A stretch of DNA of 64,000 nt, taken from Blepharisma stoltei ATCC 30299. Taxonomy: Eukaryota; Protista; Ciliophora. The translations under genes were made by a program, and so were the position numbers. How positions within the stretch are numbered: position 1 is the first letter of the stretch; every line of letters begins with the position of its first letter. Where the stretch lies: the NCBI GenBank assembly GCA_965603825.1, contig CBFDEM010000018.1, forward strand, positions 124,001 through 188,000, in the 5' to 3' direction. The notes below the pieces were generated by a model. That model had not been told where the DNA came from, searched no databases, and saw only the letters and a program-made list of their open reading frames with translations. Positions 47,980 to 59,685 of this stretch are shown here, piece by piece.

Positions 47980-49728
47980 ATGGATAAAATAGACTTACCT
48001 CAGCATTCCCATATCAACGTCGACGGAGTGACATTTTTCAGCAACTTTGATTCAGGAAACCTTGCAAGAGCAGTAAGAACAGGAATTGGTCAAGTATCAT
48101 ATATTTAGTACGAAATCTGAATTGCGGCTGACGCAGCTCAGAGAGGACACAATAGCTACAGAGTTTGATTTAATTTTGGAATCAGAGGACTAAGAAAAGG
48201 AACTTTATTGAAATTGACAATCATGAACATGAGTAACATAAGAATCCTTGCATCACAAAACTATAGACCTGTATGAAGAGCAATTCCAGAGCAGACACAG
48301 TGGCAGCGAATACTTACAGAATGCTCTTATGAAAACAATTTTGCAACTTTATTCAAATTGTCATGGACAATGGAATACACATATGAGAACAGTGATTTAT
48401 ATTTTGCCTTTGCTCCTCCTTATCCATACTCAGAAATCATGAAAACCATCGATTTTTTTGAAAATGTGTGCCCTGCTGACTCATTATTTTACAGAGAAAC
48501 TTTAGTTAGAAGCCTCGACAATCTTAACGTCGAGGTTATCACAATCTCAAACAGAGAAAATTTCCAAAACCAAAGAGAAGAAAAAATCCCTTATCTTTTC
48601 CCTTCACAAATGCCAAGATCTTTCAAAGCTAAAAAACCTATAATTTTTATCAGCGCCAGAGTCCATCCTGGAGAGACTCCAGGATCTTTTATATTAGATG
48701 GATTTTTACAAGCTTTATTAAGCCAAGACATAAGAGGATTTATGCTGAGGAAAAATTATGTATTTAAAATTATTCCTGTTTTAAATCCAGATGGGGTGCG
48801 CAGAGGCCATTTTAGGGTTGATCAAAATGCTGTAAACTTAAACAGATGCTATGAATCACCTTCATTCGTAGACCAGCCAACTATTTACGCTGCAAAAGTT
48901 TATTTTGAGTACCTGCATAAAGAAGGAGGGATTGACATTTATTTAGATTTCCACGCCCACAATTCAAAACGAGGCTGCTTTGTATATGGAAACTGTTTAC
49001 CGCCAGAAAAACAAATAGAAAATGAACTATTTGCAAAAATAATTGAGCTGAATTCCCCGTTTTTTGATTTCAATGAGTGTGATTTCAGTGAAAAAAGCAT
49101 GACTTCAAAGGATCCAAAAGATCATTTTAATAAGGAAGGAAGCGGCAGAGTAGCATTTTATAAGACAGCGGGCATAATTTGCAGTTATACAGTAGAATGC
49201 GCATATAATGTTCCTATTCCTCTACATACAGTTTCCCCACTCGTTAATGTTAAAACAGGCAGAAGACTATCAGAGTCTATAAATTATATATTGACCCCTG
49301 ATAGTATTGATCTCTATAACCGCGCGTTTTTTAACGATATTGGCTCAGCTGTAGCCTTTACTATTTTAGACTATACCAATATTAACCCAATCACAAGGAT
49401 ACCTACTAGTGAATTTAAAAATTTAGAAGCAATTAAAGCTTATTTAGAAGTAAGGCAACATCTTCCGAGCAAAGGAAAAGCCCCTGTAAGAAGAAGTCTT
49501 TCAAGAAATGATCCAAAAGTGAAGCAGCTTGAATCGAAAATTATTCCACAGAAGCTTGCTGGGATTGCCAAGCGACAAATACACAAAATGAAAATTGTGA
49601 GTCCTATGTTTTCTGATAGGAATGCCACAAGTGTTGGAGCAATCAGGTCGAAAAAAAGACTTGGATTGCTTTTGCATAGAGGAAAGCCTAATAATGCAGA
49701 TATGCAGATTGCATTGGGTAACAAATAA
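47980..49728 (+). CDS. AGBL5: Cytosolic carboxypeptidase (M14 tubulin deglutamylase), CCP5/AGBL5-like
   Basis: NFDSGNL, ARVHPGE, LNPDGV.RGH.R, NLNR, DFHAH, KEGSGRVA, SYTVE. Intron 48094-48108; TGA at 48118, 48166 (V*FNF) and 48274. Confidence 0.88.
48094..48108 (+). other. 15-nt spliceosomal intron GTATCATATATTTAG
   Basis: GT..AG, A at position 10; removes an in-frame TAG between NFDSGNL and the rest of the enzyme. Confidence 0.9.
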
Positions 49729-49805
49729 TGATATATTTCTTTATATGATTTTCTCAATTTTTATATAATTTCCTATTAAAATGCCAATTTTATATAATTT
49801 CTAGC

Positions 49806-50867
49806 ATGTCTGTGATCGTAAATATCTCTAATGAGGATCCTGCATTCGAGCTGCTGAGAATTACAAAAGGTCTTATCAACGCAGAGTCTATTAAAGACAA
49901 GTGAATTGTCCACTCAAAGGTCATAAAAGTTGAAAAAGTCCTGAAAATCATCTTTGAACAGATCCAGAATCTCCTTGAAGGGAGCGATTCAGATATCCAA
50001 GGCCGCTTTACATTAATCGCGTTTTTACTAAATTCAAGAAAAAATAATGAGCTTACCTTATATTTGATCACAAATTTATGTTCCCTCACAGAACAAAGAA
50101 AAGCAGCTATGCAAGCTCTTTCATTTCTCTATGATACAATCTCAGAAGGTTTTTTGAAGTTTGCTATTTTCAAAGCTATTGTGTCACAAGCTAAAAATGC
50201 TGATCTCTTAAACATGATTTTGCCTCATTTGCAGAAAATCGAAAATTTCAGCAAAGAATGGGCTGAAGTCAGCTCAGGAGAAAAACAAGAGTTTTATTGG
50301 GAAATCTCAAAATTGCCTATAAACGAAAGCTTAAAAGCGAAATTTATAAAGATGCTAATCTCAGAAACCTCTGAACTTCCTCATGAGCACTTTGAAGAAG
50401 CTTTTTCGCAATTAATTTCTTATTCTGATGCTTCAGAAATAGGCTCTATTCTTCAGCTTCCTTGTATTCACAAAATATATGGCCATTTCGCTGAGCTTGT
50501 AAAAATTTTGCAAGAAGTTTCAGTGCCAAAATACCTTCAATTTAAAGAGCATCATGAAGAATATTTAGAATCCAAAAATTTTAACGCTGAAAAATGCCTT
50601 GATACTATAAGGGTTTTAGCGTTATGTGATCTTGCTAAGCAGCATGAAGAATTTACTTATGCAGAAGCCGCTGAACATTTGAAAGTAAGTGAGGATGAAA
50701 TTGATGAATGGGTAGTCAAGGCAGTGACCTTTAATTTGCTTGATGCAAGAATTGATGAGGTTGAGAGAAAAATAAGGGCTACCAAAAATACAAGTGATCA
50801 GAGTGGAGGATATTGGGAAAATATTGGAAATTTGTTGGAAAATTGGGAAAGAAATTTAAATAAATAA
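49806..50867 (+). CDS. EIF3M: PCI-domain protein, eIF3 subunit M-like
   Basis: ATG 49806 (MSVIVNI), TGA 49902. C-terminal PCI: IRVLALCDLA..FTY.E.AE.L.V..DEIDEWVVKAV...LLDARID. Confidence 0.8.
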
Positions 50868-51049
50868 GCTTTTTATAGCATTTAATAATTAAATTAAGGG
50901 GATAGAGAATATTTAAAGCGCTCGGCATGATAGTTATTGAATTTTGCATTTCATTACACTCATTTTTGCTACAGAATGCAGTGAGTTTTATAATTTTTCA
51001 TGTTTACTATTTTATTTAAATACCAAATAAAGAATATTAAAATGTTTTC

Positions 51050-51688
51050 CTAAAATGGCGACTTAGTGTGAAGCAATGCAAAGCACGTTGGGCACCTGTG
51101 AATGACATCCATACATTGCGGCATGCAAAAAGGTAAGCAGCTACAAGGCCAGAAAACACAAAATATAACCAAGCAGAGTATCCAAGTCATTGCTCCTGGC
51201 TGGTTTCTGATAACAGTTAAAACGTTTCTATTGCAAGTTGGGCAAAACGCTTGCTGTGGAGCATTTCCCCAATGCGTAACTTGATGTGGAACTTGAGCTT
51301 GATTTCCTTGGCCTTCACCTGCCTGGATGATGATAACTGGTTGTGGATTTGGTGCAAAATTTGGGTTCGGATTAGGCAGACCTTGTCCAGCAGGATAATT
51401 AGGCTGATTCATCCCAGGCTGACCATAATTAGGCTGACCATAACCAGCCTGACCATAATTAGGCTGACCATAACCAGCCTGACCATAACAAGCCTGACCA
51501 TAGCCAGGCTGGCCAGCGCTTGGCTGAAAGTTAGGATTAGCTCCTTGATTTAGATTAGGGTTATATGGATAGCCCGAATTTCCCATTGGAACTGGGTAAT
51601 TTGCTTGATCAGGATTGACCGGATAGGTAGCTGCTTGCAAATTTTCTTGGTTGGGAAGCAGAGCTTGATTGGGGTTATTTGATTCCAT
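51050..51688 (-). CDS. LITAF/SIMPLE-domain protein with G/Q/P/Y-rich N-terminus
   Basis: CPTC..hydrophobic segment..LPFCM..CMDVIHRCPTC. Ends TAG. Confidence 0.93.
   Translation of the reverse strand: MESNNPNQALLPNQENLQAATYPVNPDQANYPVPMGNSGYPYNPNLNQGANPNFQPSAGQPGYGQACYGQAGYGQPNYGQAGYGQPNYGQPGMNQPNYPAGQGLPNPNPNFAPNPQPVIIIQAGEGQGNQAQVPHQVTHWGNAPQQAFCPTCNRNVLTVIRNQPGAMTWILCLVIFCVFWPCSCLPFCMPQCMDVIHRCPTCFALLHTKSPF
51395..51514 (-). repeat. Coding minisatellite: 8 x 15-nt units (GQxxY pentapeptide)
   Basis: Units such as ATAATTAGGCTGACC and ATAACCAGCCTGACC; an exact 30-nt doublet is repeated at 51425-51484. Confidence 0.9.
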
Positions 51689-52956
51689 ATTTTACTCCAC
51701 AATATCTACTTTAATATTCGAATTAAAATTTCTATTTTTTATGAAGATTAATTAAACTTAATATAAGCTTTATTACAAAATGCATCAATTCTTTCTAAGA
51801 TTACTTAATTTATAGAAACTAAAATTAACTGATTATTGCTATTTTTAAAATATTTTTCGGAAAGCTTTTATAAATTAGTTGCTTTTTTAGTTAATAAGTG
51901 CTAAGATATAGTTTTGAATTGTTTTTTACTTTAAGGATTGCATTGACAATTTCTAATTCATGGTCTATTACTTTATTTTTGAGAATTCTATATAAATTCA
52001 CCAAAACTCTAAAATTATTGAATCTTAATTATATTAGCTCATTAAGTTAAAATCTTTATTCAAGCGATACTTTTCCAATATGTTTTATTGATTTATAAGT
52101 TTATAAATTATAATAGAATAATACAAGTTGAAATTTCTCAAGAAAACATTTATAAAACAATAGTAAATTATAGCTTGCTAAATAAGGAATCGATTGAAAA
52201 ATCATCAATACTTTTGTTATATCAATTGCAATGAAGAAATCCAGTTCTCAGTCATTGAGAATAGCTTACAAGCATAAGAATGCAAAATTATGCTGAAAAA
52301 AGATGCATGGTAGTAGCTCAGCCGAACACACAATTTTTTGCAAATAATTCTAGTATACCCTATCCTATTTTCATAACATGAAGCAATGCAATAAGATTTA
52401 AAGTCTAAAAGATATACATTGTGAGATGTGAAGTATCATTGCGGAAAATTAAAATATAAAAATTCCTATTTTAGCTCAATTGATCTCTCTAGTTGTATTC
52501 TAGTCTTGAATGCTGTATATCTATTCAGAGAAAATATTTACTATAAATATTTTAATTTCTGCATATCTCTACATAAAAAGGGCTTAAGCCACTATAAAAA
52601 TACCAGCTCACTAATTTGTCATAAAAATTCTTTTTCATTAGATATTCAAGAAATAATATCATTCAGCCAGCACCTCAAATTCAGCACTTAAATTTTGGGA
52701 TTGGAAAGAAAAGCAAATAAAACGTAGGCAGTTACTAATATGGCTTTGTAAATGAATGAAATATTTATTACTCTAATTGGTAAATTTATAGTATCTATAT
52801 TGATTATAATGATTCAAAACTTCTTCTAGCAAGCGCAATCTATTTTCTTATAGTAATAAGGAAATATAAGAGTGCATTTTTAGCTCTTGCATAACAATAA
52901 TAAGCTCACTTGGTCATAACTCATCCTGAATTCTTGAAATGTATAAACCATTTTTA

Positions 52957-54012
52957 TTATCTAGATTTATTATATCTCGGTGAAAACAAGAATTTCTCAA
53001 ATTCAGCCCAAAACTCATTCTGAATTGTACGATCCATATGTCTTTTGTTTCTATTAATCAGCAGTTGCTTTACATTCCATTTTTTCACATTTTCATCTGC
53101 AGGGACATCATGATATTTCATATAAAATCCACGAACTGACAAGAACAGCTGAACCAAGTCATTTCCCAAAGGCCAATCTTTGAATTGATATCTTGGTCCT
53201 TGCACAAAAACCGCTGCAACCCTTCTCCAGTGATTTTTATTAAACGTCAATGTTTGGTCGTATATTTCAAAATTAACAATTTTATCCCTGACTTTTCTTG
53301 TCAACATTACAGGTTGCATTATAGCATAATCCTGAATATCTTCCATATAAATTCCTTTATCTAAAAACTGCAGAGCATTATGCAAGCACAAATTCCCTGG
53401 ACTTTGATTAGAAGGAACCAAAATAATTGGGTGTGGTGGTATATCTTGTGACTTATGTGGCAGCTTTAACACCTCCTCTAAAAATGATAAATTGCTTGAC
53501 TCTCTCTGCCGCTTTCTGTTTTTCATTGACTCATTACAATACGTCAGCAGGTATTTATAACTTACATTTGGGGTCTGTAAAATGCTTTCTTTAGTACACA
53601 AAGGCCGCTCCAATGTTTCTCTAGCTGCAGCACGCCTTTCTTCTTTTACCTCCTCTCTGCTTGTTTTTTTGATAAGGGTGCTTGCTCTTAGTTCTTCGTC
53701 AATGGCTTCTGATGTATCAGATTCCCCTTTGAAGTAAGAAATAATTTCAGGCATATCGGGCCTAGAAACTAGATCTACGCCCATTTTTCCACAGTCCTTG
53801 ATGTAGGTTTTGTAGTCTTTGTCAGAGTTTTGTAAGTAGAACCACAGAGAACCGATGGTGTATTGTTTTGTTGTTTTTGGCTTTCACGCTGTCGGGTGGG
53901 AAAGAGGGACTTCAAGGTTGCCAAAATAAAGCTTTCCTCCGACGAAATCAATTTTCTTGTTGTTCATGATGTAATCTCTGAGCAAAAGAATCGGGTCTTG
54001 GAAGTTTGCCAT
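52957..54012 (-). CDS. CDC73: Paf1 complex subunit Cdc73 / parafibromin
   Basis: N-terminal DPILLLRDY..YTIGSLWFYL..VSRPD; C-terminal PIILVP..WRRVAAVFVQGPRYQFKDWP..KRHMDR. TGA 53884; ATG 54012. Confidence 0.93.
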
Positions 54013-54172
54013 TATTTTTTATTATTAAATTGATAATAAGAGTTTGAAAAGAAATTGGGAACTAAATTTAGAAAAATAAATAAATTATATTTAGCTTTTG
54101 TAATGATATTTTGAGTTGTTTTGAAGTTGTGCTTATTCGATTCCACAGATTTATCAATTAATAAATCTCAAA

Positions 54173-55462
54173 ATGGACGCTTGTGAGAATTGCAAAAGAT
54201 CAGACGTCGCCTTAATGCAGTGCAGTAGCTGCCATCGGGTTGCATACTGTTCTCAAGCCTGCCAAAAATCTAACTGAAAAGTCCACAAATTAATCTGTGA
54301 TAACCCTAATCTAGTCCAATGGGATCCAGAACTTGTCGAGAATTTTCTAAATTTCATGATAGAAAGTATCGACATTTACAAAATTTTGCTATTAATTGAC
54401 CGCGTTGCTGCACAAAAATACCAAGCTAAGCTACATTCAAAGCCTTCTCGCCATGATCACGACCATGGCCATGAAGAACATGGATGCTCACATAAAGCCC
54501 ATTCCATTGTATTAGACCAAGACTCAACTACACTTGAAAAAGTCCTCGCTCAGGCAACTTCACGATCACGCCTCTATGAACTTCTCCCAGAGATTGCCAA
54601 ACAAGCAGCAGATATTTTCAAAAATATAAAAGAAAAAGGCTTAAAAGATGGTCTCACAATGGATGAAGACACTGAAAAGCAAGTATTAAAGCAACTAATG
54701 GAAGAAGCAATGTCAAGGAGAATCCAAACTGAAGTAAATTCCACCTATAGACGAGAAGAAGAAACCTTTAGCAAGCAGCCTATGCTTTTTGCTCATCCTT
54801 CAGGGTTCCAAGAGACAGTAAACAAAGAGCTTGACATATTGACCCAGGAAACCATGGAAAGTCTTATGACGAGAGATTATGCAATTCAAGACAATTTTCT
54901 TGACAATTACAATGTCACTGATAAACTCTTTGAGGAGTCTGAATATCTTGATTTTGATGGGAAATTCGAGGAGCTGCTTTCTCAAAAACTGAAGAAAATA
55001 AGGACTGATAAAGTTTTGTGGATACCTAAAGATACAATTGATGCAAGTATTAAAGGAAAACATGAAACTCCTTTGCATTTATCATTATCTTATTGCCCTG
55101 CTATGCAGTCTCTATCAGACCATTTCTTTTCAATTCCATTTGAACTTAATAAAAAGACAAATTTAAGCTTACAGGTAAATGACCGTATTCTGCTAGACTG
55201 TTTTTCTGTAAATACTTATCACTATGCACATATGGACAGTGGGTTCGGAAAAGACGACTCTGGGAAGAAAATCACCTGTATTTATATGATCACCAAAGGA
55301 TACGGAGAAAGAATAATTGTAGGAAATGAAGAAATTCCAATAGTTCATAATAGACTGGTAATATTGAAGTCAAGAAAAGTACAGATAACGGTGCCGGAGA
55401 CCTCTCAGAAGTTCTTTTTAGCGTATTATTTTATTTCTGGTCCATGTGATCCTTATCAATAA
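54173..55462 (+). CDS. MYND zinc finger + prolyl-4-hydroxylase-like 2OG-Fe(II) oxygenase domain (EGLN/PHD-like)
   Basis: CENC..CSSC..AYCSQACQKSN*KVHKLIC (TGA 54275 is the MYND Trp); IRTDKVLWI, HMD, GKKITCIY, NRLVILKSR. Confidence 0.8.
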
Positions 55463-55485
55463 GTAATAAGCATTATAATAAGAAT

Positions 55486-55683
55486 ATGGAATATGAAAGA
55501 AGAATTGAGGATCTCAGGAAACTTGGAGAGCACGCAGGTGCAGAAGGAAATCATAAAGAAGACGAGCAAGCTTATAGAGAAGGAGTTAAAGAAGGATACG
55601 AAATTGGAATAAATCAAGGCAGGATAGAAGGAAGACAAAAAGCATTAGAAGACTTACAAGCAAGAAATTCAATGAATTCTTAA
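55486..55683 (+). CDS. Small protein with Yae1/FliH-like GxxxG repeat, 65 aa
   Basis: ATG..TAA, purine-rich coding bias, AYREGVKEGYEIGINQGRIEG. Confidence 0.6.
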   Translation: MEYERRIEDLRKLGEHAGAEGNHKEDEQAYREGVKEGYEIGINQGRIEGRQKALEDLQARNSMNS

Positions 55684-55733
55684 TTATTTTACAAAATAAA
55701 AGTATCCTTATAATTTTTAACTGAAATAATGCA

Positions 55734-56732
55734 TTATTTACGTCCAAAATGAAGTCCCTTCTCATCTGGATCTCTATAATTAAAAGGCACAAGCCACCAG
55801 TACCAGTTTTTCCCTAGTGCCTCCTTTAAGTTATTCCAAGCCCCTTTATCGAAAGGTGATACTTTGTATTCCTGCACCTTTTGCTTCTTTTTTTCACAGT
55901 ACTCGATGGTTGTATAGTTCTGTATCATCAGTCTTATATGGAAAATACAAAATCCAATGACCGCAATTCCGAGCATTAATATCAAAGAATAGCAGAGGAC
56001 CACAAAAAAGCATAGTGCCGCTGACGATTCAGAATCATTAAGCACTACTACGACTGTTTCCCAAAACGTTGATATAAAAATAGCTAATGCAACAGCTCCA
56101 TAAAAGACTATCAAGAAAAAATACTTATAGTTGAAGTATCCGACGCAGTTTGCTACTCAGTTACAATGATGGTCCATTTTCAAGTTGCATCTTTCACACT
56201 GTTTGCAATGATGAGTCCTGTCTGGCTTTCTCATAGTGCATCGTGCACAAGTTCTAATAGACCCGTCTTTTCTTTTTTCAATCAAAACGACGCTTTCTGA
56301 GGAGGACTCGTCGTTTTCATCATCAGGAATATCCCATTCTCTTTCTCGAGGGATTTGGCCTGGGTCTGTTTTTAGCGCTCTATAGTGGCTTACCAATATC
56401 CAGAAGATGCACCATGTAACCAAGGTAAAAAATATCCACCCCCGGGTTTCTGCATTTGTTTTTTCACTATCGCTATGTCAGTAATAAAGCTCTGGCCTGT
56501 CATCTGTGTCGCCTACTAAAGGGTAAATATAAAAAATCAGATAAATGATATATCCTCCGATAACTAAACCTAAAAGGACGACTACTGGGAGATATATGGC
56601 GATGTATAGAAAAACTGTTAGTAGTCGCTGCTTGAAGTCAGCTTCAGACCATGGTGGCAAGTTATTTTTCAGCTCTTGTTCGCTGTCTTCAAAAGCTCGG
56701 GTTAAATGCTGGGAAGATGGAGTTTCTGCCAT
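55734..56732 (-). CDS. DHHC palmitoyltransferase
   Basis: C..C...[34 protein letters not shown], TTIE motif, four TM segments. TGA at 56478 and 56157. Confidence 0.96.
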
Positions 56733-57151
56733 TGTTCTATCCGTTTATTGAAAATTGAAATCATTGAAGAGATTACTGTAAAGGAATTAGCGATTTAGGA
56801 GAGATTTTTAAGATTTTAAGTTTATTAGGATTTAACGCAGATTTGGTGAAATGTGAGAGGGCAGTTAAATTTGGCATAGATTTATTTGGATTTTAGATTT
56901 TAAAATTGTTGAGTTTTTTTAGAATTTTGATATTGGGATTGCAGATTTTAGCAAGCAAAAATGAGAAATTAGATGTTAAGTAATTTTGGTAAATTAATTT
57001 ACATAAGACAAGAATTGAATTATTTCTTATTATTTTAAGAGATGATAGTTAATATATATCTTGTATTTTAAACTATAAATTGGAAATATAATTAATAGCT
57101 GGAGGCAAAATTGCGTAAATAAAAACTTTATCAAAAGAAAATAATATAAAT

Positions 57152-57469
57152 ATGAGTTGGCAAACAAAGATTGCTTCAAAACTGAGAGAAATAAGATTTA
57201 TCTGCTGCCAAGCATCAGGCCACAGCGCAGGTGTGAGAAGCTTCATCAATACTAATTACCAAAGCGTGAAAGATGCTGCACCAAGGTTTCCTTTCATTGT
57301 CAGAGAATGTGAAAATGCCATTCCTCTCATTATTGCAAGATATGACTTTGGAGTTGAAAGAAAAGTAGTTGCCGAGAATCTAAGTGAAGCTGAAGTTAAG
57401 CAAGCTGTCGAGGATTTGATAAGCCAAGCAGATTCTATCAACTCTCATAGATTTCTTAATAAAGCTTAA
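57152..57469 (+). CDS. NDUFA2: Complex I subunit B8 / NDUFA2
   Basis: LREIRF..CQ.S.HSAGVRSFI..NY..VK...P.FPFIVREC....P.IIARYDFGVE. Confidence 0.92.
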   Translation: MSWQTKIASKLREIRFICCQASGHSAGVRSFINTNYQSVKDAAPRFPFIVRECENAIPLIIARYDFGVERKVVAENLSEAEVKQAVEDLISQADSINSHRFLNKA

Positions 57470-57865
57470 TTTATAGGCTAATTCTTAAAGATAATCTTTC
57501 TATGCTCATACTAATTTTAGTAAGGAGATTTCTAATCTAATTTTAGCAATTTTCCCAGTTTCTAAGAAGTATTTTAGTGCTGCATTATGCCAAAATTTTA
57601 AAATTTTTGTAAGCGATGCTTTTTCGCATTGCTATCTATTACCTTCTGAATCACAGCATAGACACACAAATAAAACATATTTAATTTTCTTTTTAAGCAT
57701 CGAAACCGCATATTTTTTATATAAATCTATCAGATATCTGGTGAATAAATAAAGCTTACCATGACAACTCCTATTTCTTTTATTACTGGAATTATATAAC
57801 TTATGCTCCATCTGAAGCTGTCTTTTTTGCAGATTTATATTTTAATACGTCATAATATTAGCTAA

Positions 57866-58843
57866 ATGGGAGATTCTGAAAAGCTCGTGGTTTATTACTC
57901 CTGCTTTAACTATGAAGTCGACCCTCAAGAATTCCCTCAACTCCAATCCTTCAGATATTCATTGCTGTCTTTACTTGGAGAAGACTGGCTGCAATCTCTT
58001 CAAAGAGAGCTTGAATTTTTGAATATCAGGCTGGCGAAATATTCACTTGAAGTCTTGATTGAAATTTTCCTCAGCATAATTCAGAAATCTCATAGTATTG
58101 ATTTTGCTGGTTTTAAGCAAACTTTTAAGTATGAGCTTTCGTTAAATTCAGTTTGGACTGACAAAAACCAGGAATGCGCTTATCTTGAGTCACTGCTGAA
58201 TGAATTTTTTATAGCGGCAATGTCTCTGCCTATAGATATTGAGCTTAATAGGTATGAATTTAAAGTCTTGCCGAGTGCCAGAGTAAAGTCGCAGCTTCAG
58301 CCACTTGTAGTTGCACAAGAAGAAGTGCAAAATTTTGCCTCCAGAGTTTGTAAAGTACTAAGAAGGGCTAGTTTACCTCTTGAAGCTATAATTGGGCCAG
58401 AAATGCTAGCGTCATTATCAAATTATATAGATAGTCTTTCTAATCGAGTGCTTTCTACTTTTCAAGTAACAAGTCAAGTTGTTACAAATATTATTGAAGT
58501 TAATCCGTTCAATTTAAATGTAAAAGTAAGAGTGATTCAACCTGCGCGAGATTTTTATAACAAAGCCATCGAAATTTGGATATCTCTTAACGAGCAACTC
58601 AACCCTACAGATTTTGTCTTGTCCGTCAAGGCAAAAATGGGCTCCTGTTGGACTGAAAAATTACTGAATCCTGCGCTACATTTTTATCAAATTGCAAGTG
58701 AAGAATGGATAAAATCCAAAGGCATTGGAATTGATTATTTTACTCGAAGGGTCAATGAAAGGCTATGGGAAATGTGGCGACAGTCAATTATTGAGGCTTC
58801 TAAATCCTTCCAAGAGCATATGATCCCAAAAACGATAATTTAA
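57866..58843 (+). CDS. Hypothetical helical protein, 325 aa
   Basis: Uninterrupted ATG..TAA ORF; no recognised motif. Confidence 0.78.
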   Translation: MGDSEKLVVYYSCFNYEVDPQEFPQLQSFRYSLLSLLGEDWLQSLQRELEFLNIRLAKYSLEVLIEIFLSIIQKSHSIDFAGFKQTFKYELSLNSVWTDKNQECAYLESLLNEFFIAAMSLPIDIELNRYEFKVLPSARVKSQLQPLVVAQEEVQNFASRVCKVLRRASLPLEAIIGPEMLASLSNYIDSLSNRVLSTFQVTSQVVTNIIEVNPFNLNVKVRVIQPARDFYNKAIEIWISLNEQLNPTDFVLSVKAKMGSCWTEKLLNPALHFYQIASEEWIKSKGIGIDYFTRRVNERLWEMWRQSIIEASKSFQEHMIPKTII

Positions 58844-58889
58844 TGTAACCACATTTGAGTGTCGAATGAATAAATTAGCTTAAATTGTG

Positions 58890-59675
58890 TTAAAATGTTA
58901 TACAGCGGCAACAATGGGAATCTGAATAAAGATCTTCCTCAACAGTAGCGCTGGCTTTATTTATTTCAAAAATTTTTGTGGTGTCATCAATAGAATAAAA
59001 CCGCGTGCTTGCTGAGCTCCGTCTTGATGCAGCTGGAGAAACTTCAATGGCTAAGTTTTTCAATCCTATCACAGTTAGAGCAATTGCACATAAATACGCA
59101 AAATCTCCTTTTAGAAGCAAAAGTTTTTCATTAGACAATTTGACTCCTTTGGCAGAGAAAAACTCTTCAAGCTCATTTATAGGCTTGATAGTGTTTTCTG
59201 AATCTAGAATTTTTAAGTAATCGCTGCTGGTTTCGATAAATTGAATTTCATCTTGTTTATCTGCAACTTCTTCAGGGAGTTTGTAGTAATCTTCATTAAT
59301 TTCATGTTCTGAATCATTAGTTAGCAATGGCAAATTTGCTACAGAGTTGACGACAGGGCCATACTCTTTGACTCATTTTTTTATCCCTCCATCCAATATC
59401 AATGGAAGTTTGCCAATTGACCGGAGACAGTACCAAATCTTTGAAACGGACTCTAAATTGCCATCGTCATAGATTATTATTGGAATTTCTTCAGCAAAAG
59501 CAAGCTTTTTAAATGTTGAAACAAAATCTTCTGTATCTGATGAGTAGCGTAAAAGATAAGAATTTGGTATGTGTATTGGTGTAGTATCAATAAATTTAGC
59601 ACAATGAATGAGCTGAATTTCATGGGATTTTATGGTTTCAGCTAATTGGGAAGTTGTGATGAATATTTTATGCAT
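58890..59675 (-). CDS. Rhodanese/sulfurtransferase-like protein (degenerate) with Cys-rich CaaX-like tail
   Basis: ITTSQL..HIPNS..IIIYDDG..SKIWYCL..ILDGGIKK* (TGA 59373 at the conserved LDGG..W). Ends HCCRCITF TAA. Confidence 0.8.
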
Positions 59676-59685
59676 AATTATTTTT

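Noticed and set aside
4053-49728. Functional cluster of tubulin/cilia genes (CEP41, SAXO-like, CCP5)
   Set aside because: They are tens of kb apart among unrelated genes, and ciliary genes are abundant in ciliates.
52428-52691. 87-aa ORF in the LITAF-CDC73 gap
   Set aside because: GTG start, intergenic-like AT content and no motif.
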